Made by a program: the position numbers and the translations under genes. From Paenibacillus sp. KN14-4R (GTDB taxonomy: Bacteria; Bacillota; Bacilli; Paenibacillales; NBRC-103111): 24,000 nucleotides of DNA. The notes beneath the pieces were generated by a model. It was given only the letters and a program-made list of their open reading frames with translations. It ran no database searches and had not been told where the DNA came from. The stretch lies in the NCBI RefSeq assembly GCF_052180255.1, contig NZ_CP197466.1:574922-598921 (forward strand), read 5' to 3'. Positions 8,495 through 17,533 of this stretch are shown here, one piece after another (within the stretch, counting starts at the first letter, position 1; every line of letters starts with the position of its first letter).

Positions 8495-10006
8495 ATGAAA
8501 TTAAGATCAGGTTATACCATTGCACGACTTCTTCTCATCACATCCTTACTTTTTATTACCGCATGTAAACAAACATCATCTTCAAACGTACATACCGAAC
8601 ATGCAAGTTCCAAAACGCCAGATATTGTTGTGATCGGCTCTGAAATTGAAGGTGTCTATCTCGCTCGAGCGGCCAAAGATGAAGGCTTATCGGTTACGAT
8701 TCTCGATCCACGAGAAAAGCTTGGCGGTCAGCTGATTCAAGGTGAAATGCTCTATCTGGATGAACCTTTTGATGATAATGGCAAGTCATTGCTGCAAGGG
8801 CGTGTGAAACAACTATTTGATGATTACAAAAAAGGAACGATCCGTAAAAGTGAAGATTTCCAAAAATACTATCATTCACTTTTAGATGGCATTCAGATTG
8901 AATCCGGCATTCGCATCACAGGCGTCGAAATGGATCCAAAATCAGATCCAAAGAAGATCAAATCGATCTCCTACCAAACACCATCTGGTGAAAAGAAACA
9001 AATCTCTGCGCAATATTGGGTCGAAAACACTGATTTCGCTGCCTTATCCAGTCAACTGAACGTTACACGCATTCCTGGAATTGAAACGGTATTCGGCGGT
9101 TCTCCGAAAGAGCATATGGCCTCGACCTATATGATGAAGTTCAAGAACGTGAATTGGAGCGAGTTCGAGCAGACAGTAAATGCATTAAGTAAAGAGGAAA
9201 GAGAAGAAAAGTACGGGGGTAATACCCATGTAAACCACACCTTTACTTACGGGTTTGGCAATGTCGGAAGAAGTTATAAGCCGACTAATAATCAAGTGTT
9301 CTTGCGGGGATTGAATACGATCAATATGCGAGATGGTGAAGCTGCGATTAATGCTCTTCTCGTATTTAATGTGGACCCGTCCGATCCAGCAAGTATTCAA
9401 AAAGCAGTAGATATTGGAAAGTCAGAATCTGAGCTTGTCGTCGAACATCTTCGTAAAACTTTGCCAGGATGGGAGAAGGCGGAGATAAATGGCACGACTC
9501 CTTATTTGTATGTTCGAGATTCGGATCGATACGAGACGAATTATGTCTTACAAGCTTCGGATCTTTTATCAGGCAAAATGTTTGAGGATAACGTCAGTAT
9601 TGGCGGCTATTCAATCGATTTACAAGGCATACAATCGAATCCATGGGGTAAAACCATTGCCAAGCCAGATAAATATGGCATGCCGCTGCGCTCTTTTATG
9701 ATAAAAGGATATAGCAATGTACTTGTTGCAGGTAAGAATGTCGGTGCATCCGCTGTTGCTTATGGCAGCGCGCGTATTCAACCTAATACATCATTAGCTG
9801 GGGAAACCATTGGTTACATACTGGGGCAGATCCATGGTAAGAAGATGCTAGGGGATTTAAAAGAGAAAGACTTTGCGCAGCTAACAGAATACATTCGCAA
9901 GAAACATAATATTACCCTGCAAAATGTAACCGCAAATAACAAGATTAAAGACTGGACCGAGCAGCAAGTTGAAAGTCTGAATAAAGGGATAATAAACCCG
10001 AAGTAA
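8495..10006 (+). CDS. FAD-dependent oxidoreductase family protein with lipoprotein signal peptide
   Basis: Signal peptide with lipobox (LLLITSLLFITAC), Rossmann-type nucleotide-binding N-terminus (DIVVIGSEIEGVYLARAAKDEGLSVTILDPREKLGGQL) and C-terminal NVLVAGKNVGASAVAYGSARIQPNTSLAGETIG. Confidence 0.82.
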   Translation: MKLRSGYTIARLLLITSLLFITACKQTSSSNVHTEHASSKTPDIVVIGSEIEGVYLARAAKDEGLSVTILDPREKLGGQLIQGEMLYLDEPFDDNGKSLLQGRVKQLFDDYKKGTIRKSEDFQKYYHSLLDGIQIESGIRITGVEMDPKSDPKKIKSISYQTPSGEKKQISAQYWVENTDFAALSSQLNVTRIPGIETVFGGSPKEHMASTYMMKFKNVNWSEFEQTVNALSKEEREEKYGGNTHVNHTFTYGFGNVGRSYKPTNNQVFLRGLNTINMRDGEAAINALLVFNVDPSDPASIQKAVDIGKSESELVVEHLRKTLPGWEKAEINGTTPYLYVRDSDRYETNYVLQASDLLSGKMFEDNVSIGGYSIDLQGIQSNPWGKTIAKPDKYGMPLRSFMIKGYSNVLVAGKNVGASAVAYGSARIQPNTSLAGETIGYILGQIHGKKMLGDLKEKDFAQLTEYIRKKHNITLQNVTANNKIKDWTEQQVESLNKGIINPK

Positions 10007-10060
10007 TCTTTAGTTTTCCCTACTAAAAGCCGACATAAACTCTGAGGGGAGCGACCTATT

Positions 10061-11092
10061 ATGAAATATGTACATATTGACTCCGTAGAGTCTGGGCAAT
10101 ATTTGGGAAGAACCATTTTTACGAGTAACGGTGTGGTTATGTTATCCGAAGGTGTACAGTTAACGGTCTATATGATTACGACGCTGCGCAGAATCGGTGT
10201 TACGATGATATATATTAAAGATCCGAACTACCAGGATATTGTGATCGAAGATGTTGTATCCGATGAGACGAAGCAGATTGTAATGAAACAGATGGGGGAT
10301 ACGTTTGAATCTCTCCGCTCTGGTAAGGAATTAAATACACGTTCCTTATCTCAATCAATCGATAAAATGCTCGATGATTTGTTTCGGAATAAAGAGATTT
10401 TGCTGCAACTAACGGATATTAGGACAAAAGATAATGAGATGTATGTACATGCGCTCAATGTGTGCATGATGTCTACGCTGATTGGGATATCCATGGAACT
10501 TAATGCGCTGCAATTAAAGGAACTAGCAACAGGCGCGCTCTTACATGATGTTGGGAAGGTAGAAGAGAATACTGATGATAGCGCGGAAGATCTGAAACAG
10601 CATCACACATGGCGAGGATATGAACTGCTCAAGAGTAAGCGTGAATACTCGTTGCTTATTGCGCATTGTGCATTCCAACATCATGAGGCGATTGATGGCA
10701 CAGGAATGCCACGGGGACTTAAAGGTGAGGACATTCACCTCTATGCGAAGATCGTTGCGGTGGCTAACGCCTACGATAATTTGTTATTTAACCAGATGGA
10801 TGGGAAAAATATGCTGCCCCATGAGGCTTGTGAACATATGATGGGTTGGTCGAATACGATGCTGGATCGGGAAGTGATGATTCATTTTCTTAAGACGGTA
10901 TCCATTTACACGACAGGCTCGTCGGTTCGCTTATCAACCAAGGAAACAGGCGTAGTCGTTGGGCAGCACAGAGGCTTGCCGGGACGTCCGATTATACGAA
11001 TTATTAAAAACGACGGGGGTCGGGATATGGATGTGAAAGAAGTCGATTTATCCAAGCATACAACCGTGTTTGTAGAGGATGTCCTAGCGTAA
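10061..11092 (+). CDS. HD-GYP domain protein (c-di-GMP phosphodiesterase family), variant motif
   Basis: HDVGKVEE, HHTWRGYELLK, and HHEAIDGTGMPRGLKG align with HD...H...HHExxDGxGYPxGLxG. Last metal-ligand region reads ANAYDNL rather than ADxYDAL. Confidence 0.85.
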   Translation: MKYVHIDSVESGQYLGRTIFTSNGVVMLSEGVQLTVYMITTLRRIGVTMIYIKDPNYQDIVIEDVVSDETKQIVMKQMGDTFESLRSGKELNTRSLSQSIDKMLDDLFRNKEILLQLTDIRTKDNEMYVHALNVCMMSTLIGISMELNALQLKELATGALLHDVGKVEENTDDSAEDLKQHHTWRGYELLKSKREYSLLIAHCAFQHHEAIDGTGMPRGLKGEDIHLYAKIVAVANAYDNLLFNQMDGKNMLPHEACEHMMGWSNTMLDREVMIHFLKTVSIYTTGSSVRLSTKETGVVVGQHRGLPGRPIIRIIKNDGGRDMDVKEVDLSKHTTVFVEDVLA

Positions 11093-11113
11093 TGCCACCA
11101 TAAATATTGCTAT

Positions 11114-11142
11114 TTGTGAATGGTAGGACGACATGGTATGAT
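11114..11142 (+). promoter_or_regulatory. Sigma-A-like promoter upstream of yneF-like gene
   Basis: TTGTGA (11114-11119), 17-bp spacer, TATGAT (11137-11142). Confidence 0.45.
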
Positions 11143-11187
11143 GTTTTTAAAATTTATCATTATTCAAGCTTTCGGAGGGATTACAAG

Positions 11188-11394
11188 ATGGTGTGGCTTT
11201 ATATCGCAATTGCTTTAATCGTAGGACTAGCAGGGGGATTTTTCATCGGCGTATTCTACTTGCGTAAACAATTAGAAAAAATGCAAAATGACCCAGAAAT
11301 GATCCAAAAGATGGCCAAACAAATGGGGTACAATCTTAATAAGCAGCAAATGAATAAGATGCAAGGCATGATGAAAAAACAAAAGTTCAAATAA
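11188..11394 (+). CDS. yneF: YneF / UPF0154 family small membrane protein
   Basis: MVWLYIAIALIVGLAGGFFIGVFYLRKQLEKMQNDPEMIQKMAKQMGYNLNKQQMNKM. ATG 11188 follows the GGAGGG SD; the track's longer N-terminus from 11107 is not supported. Confidence 0.88.
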   Translation: MVWLYIAIALIVGLAGGFFIGVFYLRKQLEKMQNDPEMIQKMAKQMGYNLNKQQMNKMQGMMKKQKFK

Positions 11395-11478
11395 ACAATG
11401 AATGATGTGTAGGCATGCGATAACAAGCAATCGTCTGCACATTATTATGTTTATAAGGGAGTAGAGGAGGAATTAAGA

Positions 11479-12069
11479 ATGCCAGCTAAAGAATATAAGA
11501 ATGAGCATGTCGGTAACAACCGCGAGCAGATTGAGTCGCATATCCGAGAGATTCTAAGGCTCATTGGGGAAGATCCTGATCGGGAAGGTCTACTAGATAC
11601 ACCTGCTCGAGTGACGCGTATGTATGAGGAGATCTTTGCCGGGTACAGTGCGGATGTTGAGGATGTACTTGGTGTTACATTCGATGAGCAGCATGAGGAG
11701 CTTGTCATTGTAAAAGATATTGTTTATTACAGCCAGTGTGAACACCATATGGCACCATTCTTCGGTAAAATCCATATTGGTTACCTGCCAAGCGGTAAAA
11801 TTACGGGACTAAGTAAATTTGCTCGTCTTGTTGAGGCCGTAACACGTAGATTGCAAGTCCAAGAACGTATTACATCCGAGATTGCGGACATCTTGGAAAA
11901 GGTGCTGAAACCGCACGGTGTGATGGTTGTGGTTGAGGGTGAGCATCTATGTATGTGTGCAAGAGGCGTGAAAAAGCCGGGCAGCAAGACGATAACATCA
12001 GGCGTACGCGGTCGTTTCCGTTCGGACTCCAATTTGCGAGCTGAATTTTTGTCCTTAATTAAAGAGTAG
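11479..12069 (+). CDS. folE: GTP cyclohydrolase I
   Basis: [91 protein letters not shown]. Confidence 0.97.
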   Translation: MPAKEYKNEHVGNNREQIESHIREILRLIGEDPDREGLLDTPARVTRMYEEIFAGYSADVEDVLGVTFDEQHEELVIVKDIVYYSQCEHHMAPFFGKIHIGYLPSGKITGLSKFARLVEAVTRRLQVQERITSEIADILEKVLKPHGVMVVVEGEHLCMCARGVKKPGSKTITSGVRGRFRSDSNLRAEFLSLIKE

Positions 12070-12082
12070 TAAATAAGATAAG

Positions 12083-12120
12083 AGCTGAATGGGTAGAAAA
12101 TCTACCTGTTCAGCTTTTTT
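12083..12120. terminator. Strong, probably bidirectional terminator between convergent folE and AraC gene
   Basis: 14-bp stem AGCTGAATGGGTAG (12083-12096)/CTACCTGTTCAGCT (12102-12115), with two G-T pairs, 5-nt loop AAAAT, then a T-run 12115-12120. Confidence 0.85.
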
Positions 12121-12128
12121 AGTTCTAA

Positions 12129-13040
12129 TTATTTGCCTTTGGCATGCTGCCGAAATTGTAGGGGAGGCATTGCCACGACAGCGCGAAATGCACGACTGAA
12201 GTGGGCTGACGATGAGAAGTGTAGCGTGAGTCCTATCTTTTCGATACTCCACTCTGTAGTAACTAACAGATGCTTCGCTTCACGGATGCGTACATGACGG
12301 AGAAAGTCACTCGGTGCGATGCCATATACACATTTAAAGCAGTGATGCAGGTGGGTACGGTGTACGCTTAGATGCCGTGCCAAATGGCTCATACGAACGT
12401 CTTCTAGCACATGCTCCTCCATCCAACAAGCAGCTTCACGAGCAAGTTTCAGTTGAGAGGGCTTAATTTTCGATAAGGTTAAACTACCTTCTTTTGTCTT
12501 TAAAAACCAGCTTGCTAGAATACCGATAATCTCAAGTAAGCTGGAGTGGATGTGCAGCAGCTGGATCGATTTCTCCATCTGAATTCGAATGTCATCTTGT
12601 TGAACGAAACCTTTTTGGTCCTTAAATGCCCCATCTCTACTCATCTGCTGCAAGCTTTCCCCAAACTCCGTTAAGAACCGCCGTACGCGATCGATCAGTT
12701 CCGGGTTTTCGGCATGGCGAATGACAGGATCGACAGCAAGTTGAAAAATGGCATGAATATCGTGTTGTTCCGCATCAAAATGGAAGCCGAAGAACGAACA
12801 ACTTTCTTTGATTTCCATGTGATGAAACATATCTGATCCGATCATAATGGCATCTCCCGGATACAGCACATAGAGTTGACCGTTTACCCATTGATAAATT
12901 TCACCCTCTACACAACATAGAACTTCGAAGAAGGGATGGCGATGGTTCGGATACGTCCAACCTGCTGGCTGTTTGGCATACTCCATGCCTGGTAATCGAA
13001 TGGCACTGTATAAATTCGGTAACGCAAATAAATTATCCAT
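12129..13040 (-). CDS. AraC-family transcriptional regulator with N-terminal cupin domain
   Basis: N-terminal HRHPFFEVLCCVEGEIYQWVNGQLYVLYPGDAIMIGSDMFHH cupin pattern and C-terminal HTHs (VRMSHLARHLSVHRTHLHHCFKCVYGIAPSDFLRHVRIREAKHLL). Preferred ATG 13040 has AAAGGA upstream; track start is 13061. Confidence 0.9.
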   Translation of the reverse strand: MDNLFALPNLYSAIRLPGMEYAKQPAGWTYPNHRHPFFEVLCCVEGEIYQWVNGQLYVLYPGDAIMIGSDMFHHMEIKESCSFFGFHFDAEQHDIHAIFQLAVDPVIRHAENPELIDRVRRFLTEFGESLQQMSRDGAFKDQKGFVQQDDIRIQMEKSIQLLHIHSSLLEIIGILASWFLKTKEGSLTLSKIKPSQLKLAREAACWMEEHVLEDVRMSHLARHLSVHRTHLHHCFKCVYGIAPSDFLRHVRIREAKHLLVTTEWSIEKIGLTLHFSSSAHFSRAFRAVVAMPPLQFRQHAKGK

Positions 13041-13190
13041 CCGTCTATCCTTTCGGCTCACACATTGTTAGATGCAAATTAACTACAATTATATAAAAAG
13101 TCAGGACGATCTGAAATGGTGAATTTACTTTTCTGGTGCTAGGATGAAGTCATCGTTTAAAGTGAACTGAATTAGGGGGGGGAATACCTA

Positions 13191-14975
13191 ATGGCAAAGG
13201 AAGCATCATGGTCGAAGGTTGCTCAGATGAACACATTTGGCATTGAAGGTAAACATTTTGTAAGCAATGGTAAACCGGTGCAGCTTATTTCGGGTGCGAT
13301 TCATTATTTTCGTGTACTACCTGCGTATTGGGAAGATAGACTACTAAAGCTCAAGGCATGTGGCTTTAACACCGTTGAGACGTATGTAGCTTGGAATATT
13401 CATGAGCCGAAAAAAGGTGAGTTTCAATTTGAGGGTATGACTGATCTGGTTCGTTTTATTGAAATGGCAGGTGATCTGGGGCTTCATGTCATCGTTCGTC
13501 CGAGTCCATACATTTGTGCAGAGTGGGAATTCGGCGGGATGCCGGCATGGCTGCTAGCTGATCCGGGTATGCGCTTGCGCTGCTATCACAAGCCATTCTT
13601 AGACCATGTGGATGCTTATTACGATGTGTTGTTACCAAAGCTTGTTCCACTGCTTTGCACGAATGGTGGTCCGATTATTGCCATGCAAATTGAAAATGAA
13701 TATGGCAGTTATGGCAATGACATTAAATATCTGAATCATCTGAAAGAAAGTATGATTCAGCGTGGCATTGACGTTCTTTTGTTCACATCAGATGGTCCAG
13801 AAGACTTTATGCTGCAAGGCGGCATGGTTCCAGACGTCCTAGAGACGGTTAACTTCGGCTCCAGACCCTTGGAAGCATTCGAGAAGTTGAAGGAATATCA
13901 ATCGGACAAGCCGCTGATGTGTATGGAATTTTGGAATGGATGGTTCGATCATTGGAGTAAGGAGCACCACACCCGTGATGCTGATGAAGTGGCACAAGTA
14001 TTCGAGGCCATGCTTGCTGCAGGAGCGTCGGTGAATTTTTATATGTTCCATGGAGGTACGAATTTTGGCTTCTATAATGGAGCGAACTATGCAGATAAAT
14101 ACGCACCAACGATTACAAGCTACGATTATGATGTCTTATTGGATGAGTCTGGTGAACCAACAGATAAGTTTTATAAAGTACGTGATGTAATTAGCAAATT
14201 TGTAGATTTACCTGAGTTGAAACTACCCGTTCAGATGCCGAAGCGGTGTTATGGGGAGGTATCATTCACGCAGCAAGTAGGGTTATTTGATTCGTTACAT
14301 GTATTATCATCGCCGATTCAGTGTACATGCCCAGAGACGATGGAAGCGCTTGGCCAGGACTACGGTTTTATTTTATATACAACGCATGTATCAGGTCCAA
14401 GACAGGAAACGGAGCTAATCTTGCAGGACGTGCATGACCGTGCCCTCATTTTCTTGGATGGTCAATATCTAGGTGTGATTGAGAGATGGAATCCGCAAGA
14501 TCAGATCCATCTTGCAATTCCTGCTGGTGGGGCGACCTTGCAAATTTTAGTTGAGAACATGGGCAGAGTGAACTATGGTCCGTTTCTGAAAGATCAGAAA
14601 GGGATTACAGAAGGCGCACGCTTAGGGAATCAATTCTTATACGATTGGACGATTCATACGCTGCCATTAAATGATTTAAGTCGATTAAATTTTGGCGAAA
14701 ATAATACGGATGTGCAGGCCCAGCCTACTTTTTATAGAGGAAATCTCCAAGTTGATGTACCGGGTGATACATTCATAAAGTTATCGGGATGGACCAAGGG
14801 AGTCGTTTATGTGAATGGGTTTAATTTAGGACGTTATTGGGAAGTTGGACCTCAGCAAACCCTCTACGTACCGGCTCCACTGCTGCGTGAGGGTGAGAAT
14901 GAGATCGTACTATTCGAACTGCATGGTGCCAAAGATTACTGTGTTACGCTGCAAGATCGGGCGGAATTGGGCTAA
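13191..14975 (+). CDS. Glycoside hydrolase family 35 beta-galactosidase
   Basis: SGAIHYFRVLPAYWEDRLLKLKACGFNTVETYVAWNIHEP, VRPSPYICAEWEFGGMPAWL, MQIENEYGSYG (acid/base region), MCMEFWNGWFDHW (nucleophile region), MFHGGTNFGFYNGA. Confidence 0.95.
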   Translation: MAKEASWSKVAQMNTFGIEGKHFVSNGKPVQLISGAIHYFRVLPAYWEDRLLKLKACGFNTVETYVAWNIHEPKKGEFQFEGMTDLVRFIEMAGDLGLHVIVRPSPYICAEWEFGGMPAWLLADPGMRLRCYHKPFLDHVDAYYDVLLPKLVPLLCTNGGPIIAMQIENEYGSYGNDIKYLNHLKESMIQRGIDVLLFTSDGPEDFMLQGGMVPDVLETVNFGSRPLEAFEKLKEYQSDKPLMCMEFWNGWFDHWSKEHHTRDADEVAQVFEAMLAAGASVNFYMFHGGTNFGFYNGANYADKYAPTITSYDYDVLLDESGEPTDKFYKVRDVISKFVDLPELKLPVQMPKRCYGEVSFTQQVGLFDSLHVLSSPIQCTCPETMEALGQDYGFILYTTHVSGPRQETELILQDVHDRALIFLDGQYLGVIERWNPQDQIHLAIPAGGATLQILVENMGRVNYGPFLKDQKGITEGARLGNQFLYDWTIHTLPLNDLSRLNFGENNTDVQAQPTFYRGNLQVDVPGDTFIKLSGWTKGVVYVNGFNLGRYWEVGPQQTLYVPAPLLREGENEIVLFELHGAKDYCVTLQDRAELG

Positions 14976-15015
14976 TTGAGGGAATCTGCTATTTACGTTC
15001 CTTTCCATTTTCAGT

Positions 15016-15051
15016 TATACTATAAGAAACTGTGTTTCATATGGTGAAACA
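15016..15051 (+). promoter_or_regulatory. Putative promoter -10 and downstream inverted-repeat operator for the IclR-family gene
   Basis: TATACT (15016-15021), then the perfect inverted repeat TGTTTCA-N5-TGAAACA (15033-15051); an extra GAAAC half-site lies at 15026-15030. Confidence 0.5.
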
Positions 15052-15072
15052 TTTATTGAAGGTGATAAAGGG

Positions 15073-15819
15073 ATGGAAGATGGTAAATTAACGGTTCGTG
15101 CTGTAGAGCGGGCCTTGGATATTTTGTTATGCTTTACCCAGGTTCACGAGCTTTCATTGACGGAGATTTCGCAGCGCGTGGACTTGCACAAGAGCACTGT
15201 TCACCGGCTGCTTGCTTCTTTAGAAGTTAAAGGTTTTCTTATACGAGACGCTGCCAGCGATAAGTATCGCTTGGGATTCAGCTTATGGGAGCTGTCAGCG
15301 AATCTATCCCAGAGCGATGATCTCGGAGTGATTCTGCTGCCAGAAATGGAACGGTTGCGTGATTCACTTGGCGAGACGGTATCTCTTTACTTGCGTGATG
15401 GGATGGAACGCGTCCGCATTCAAGCGGTGCAAAGTAATCACGCCATCCGGCGTGTTGCACCGGTTGGGGCTCGGATGCCCCTCTTCGTGGGGGCATCAAG
15501 CAAAGTGCTCACCGCCTATGCGGACGAGGCGGTGCAAGAGCAGGTGCTGCAGGAGGCGCAGCGGTCGACCCCAGGGTTCGACCGTGACTCGTATCTGCAA
15601 CATCTGCGGGAAACCCATAGGATGGGCTATGCCACATCCTTTGAAGAGCGCGAGCCCGGTGCAGCGGCAATCGCCGCACCGGTGCTCGGCCGCAGCGGCA
15701 AGCTCGCTGCAGCGCTTGCGGTGTCAGGTCCGGCGAATCGCCTGACACCGGAGATGATGTTGGCGTACGCACCGATCATCATCGAAGCAGCTCGGCGCAT
15801 GGGCACGATGCTGCCTTAA
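15073..15819 (+). CDS. IclR-family transcriptional regulator
   Basis: VRAVERALDILLCFTQVHELSLTEISQRVDLHKSTVHRLLASLEVKGFLIRDAASDKYRLGFSLWELS (IclR wHTH) followed by an effector-domain-like C-terminus. Confidence 0.93.
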   Translation: MEDGKLTVRAVERALDILLCFTQVHELSLTEISQRVDLHKSTVHRLLASLEVKGFLIRDAASDKYRLGFSLWELSANLSQSDDLGVILLPEMERLRDSLGETVSLYLRDGMERVRIQAVQSNHAIRRVAPVGARMPLFVGASSKVLTAYADEAVQEQVLQEAQRSTPGFDRDSYLQHLRETHRMGYATSFEEREPGAAAIAAPVLGRSGKLAAALAVSGPANRLTPEMMLAYAPIIIEAARRMGTMLP

Positions 15820-15846
15820 TCGCAACTAACATCCACACTTCTTTGG

Positions 15847-15882
15847 ATCAGACCTTGCCGACAAAGCGCAGGGTCTGATTCC
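15847..15882 (+). terminator. Possible terminator downstream of the IclR gene (weak T-tail)
   Basis: ATCAGACC (15847-15854)/GGTCTGAT (15872-15879) stem followed by TCCTATTTAT. Confidence 0.4.
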
Positions 15883-15987
15883 TATTTATCCCCTCCAAGA
15901 GATAACTTCTACTCCTAAACACGATCTAAATTTCAAATCAAATAAATTATCATGGAATCGAAAAAAAGATCATTACAGATAATTTCA

Positions 15988-16005
15988 TGTAAGCGCTATT
16001 ATTGG
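15988..16005 (+). promoter_or_regulatory. cre-like element upstream of the binding-protein gene
   Basis: TGTAAGCGCTATTATTGG. The same first 16 bp recur at 20991. Confidence 0.5.
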
Positions 16006-16050
16006 AATGTGCTTAACAAAAGATTTTATTCTTTTTAGGGGGATAACGAA

Positions 16051-17400
16051 ATGAAAAAACGAGTTGTGACGAAGAAACTTTTTGTCGGAGCAATGGCAGT
16101 TATGATGGGTACAGGGCTGGCTGCATGCGGTTCGAAAGAAGAAACAGCAGCAACAGCAACCCCAGGAGCGGCATCACCTTCAACAGCTACACAACAACCT
16201 ACACAAGCACCGACAGCCAAACCTGTTACATTGAAATTCCCAATTTGGTCTACGGTTACTCAAGATAATTTTGCAAAATTAAAATTGATTGAAGAATACA
16301 AGAAAGTGAAGCCGAATGTGACGATCGAGGTCGAACTGCTGAAAGATACAGAGTTCGAGAATACGATGAAAATTCGTAATGCGGCCAATGAGCTTCCAGA
16401 TATTTTAACATTGAAACCATCTTGGCTCTTGAACTTCAAAGATAACATCATCCCACTGGACGATTTGAAAGCAGCACAGAACAATTTGTTCGCAAAAGAC
16501 TACGCAATCGACGGTAAAATCTACGGTGTTCCGCAAGACCGTTTTAACGAATTTGTCTGGTACAGAAAGAGTGTATTTGCAGAATATAACCTTCAAATTC
16601 CAAAAACATGGGATCAATTCATTGAAGCAGCACAGAAAATTAAAGACGGCAAGAAATATACACCTTTACTGATGGGTGGTAAAGATGGATGGCCAGATTA
16701 CCCGTTCAATGAATTCATGCCAGCACTTGAAACGGGCGACGGTCATATATGGAACTCTATGGCTGCTGTAGATGAGCCATTCTCGAAAGATCAACCCTTC
16801 TACAAAGCCTATGCGAAAATAAAAAAATTGTATGATGCCAAAGTAATGGGTAAAGACCCACTTGGTATTGGTTGGGATCAAGCGAAGGCTGCATTCGGCG
16901 CCAAACAAGGTGCTATGATTGCTTCCGGTCAATGGTTCGTCTCCGATGTTGAGAAAATGATGAATGGTGACATGAGCGACATCGGTGCATTCTTGCTGCC
17001 AGTCAGAGAGAAAGAAACCGATAAATTAAATACCATCACAATGGTAGATACATTCTTCACGATCCCTAAAGCATCCAAAAATCAACAAGAAGCGAAAGAA
17101 TTCTTAGAGTGGTTCTTCAGCAAAGATTGGTATACAAAATTGATGACAACGTCCAAGATTGCATCAACGATGAAAGGTATAGATATCGACTTAGGCGCTA
17201 CTTTCAAACCGGCATATGAGAACATAGACCTGAACTACGTTGTATATGCTGGCACGAACGAGAGCTACAAGAAAATCGAGTCCACTATTAAATTTGATGT
17301 GAAGAAAATGGGTCAAGACATGATGGCAGGCAAAGATTTTGAGAAGATGATGACAGACATGAACAAGCAATGGAAAGATGCTAAATCTAAAATCAAGTAA
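16051..17400 (+). CDS. Carbohydrate ABC transporter substrate-binding lipoprotein
   Basis: Lipoprotein signal with lipobox LAAC; Ala/Thr/Pro-rich linker; family-1 solute-binding style sequence (ELPDILTLKPSWLLNFKDNIIPLDDLKAA, AKEFLEWFFSKDWYTKLM). Confidence 0.93.
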   Translation: MKKRVVTKKLFVGAMAVMMGTGLAACGSKEETAATATPGAASPSTATQQPTQAPTAKPVTLKFPIWSTVTQDNFAKLKLIEEYKKVKPNVTIEVELLKDTEFENTMKIRNAANELPDILTLKPSWLLNFKDNIIPLDDLKAAQNNLFAKDYAIDGKIYGVPQDRFNEFVWYRKSVFAEYNLQIPKTWDQFIEAAQKIKDGKKYTPLLMGGKDGWPDYPFNEFMPALETGDGHIWNSMAAVDEPFSKDQPFYKAYAKIKKLYDAKVMGKDPLGIGWDQAKAAFGAKQGAMIASGQWFVSDVEKMMNGDMSDIGAFLLPVREKETDKLNTITMVDTFFTIPKASKNQQEAKEFLEWFFSKDWYTKLMTTSKIASTMKGIDIDLGATFKPAYENIDLNYVVYAGTNESYKKIESTIKFDVKKMGQDMMAGKDFEKMMTDMNKQWKDAKSKIK

Positions 17401-17423
17401 TCGCATAACAAATTAATTTCACC

Positions 17424-17465
17424 AAATATAGTGGCTGCTGAATGATAGCGGTCGCTATATTTTTA
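17424..17465 (+). terminator. Terminator/attenuator between the binding-protein gene and the kinase gene
   Basis: AAATATAGTGGC (17424-17435) pairs with GTCGCTATATTT (17451-17462), including two G-U pairs, followed by TTTATATTATTT. Confidence 0.6.
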
Positions 17466-17533
17466 TATTATTTAAAATAATAAATCTATTATAATTAATT
17501 AAGATATCACGAGGCTGATAGACCAAGAGGAGA

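Noticed and set aside
15278-15772. Overlapping antisense ORFs (15278-15499, 15359-15745, 15509-15772)
   Set aside because: Composition is typical of random open frames opposite a GC-rich gene, and the plus-strand IclR frame explains the coding potential.
16138-16215. Repetitive gcagcaacagcaacagc / caaccacacaagcacc tract as a possible microsatellite or repeat element
   Set aside because: It encodes the flexible Ala/Thr/Pro linker after the lipobox, common in Gram-positive binding lipoproteins.
16035-16220. Short antisense ORF rich in Ala/Val/Cys opposite the binding-protein start
   Set aside because: It is the reverse of the signal peptide and Ala/Thr/Pro-rich linker; low-complexity artefact.
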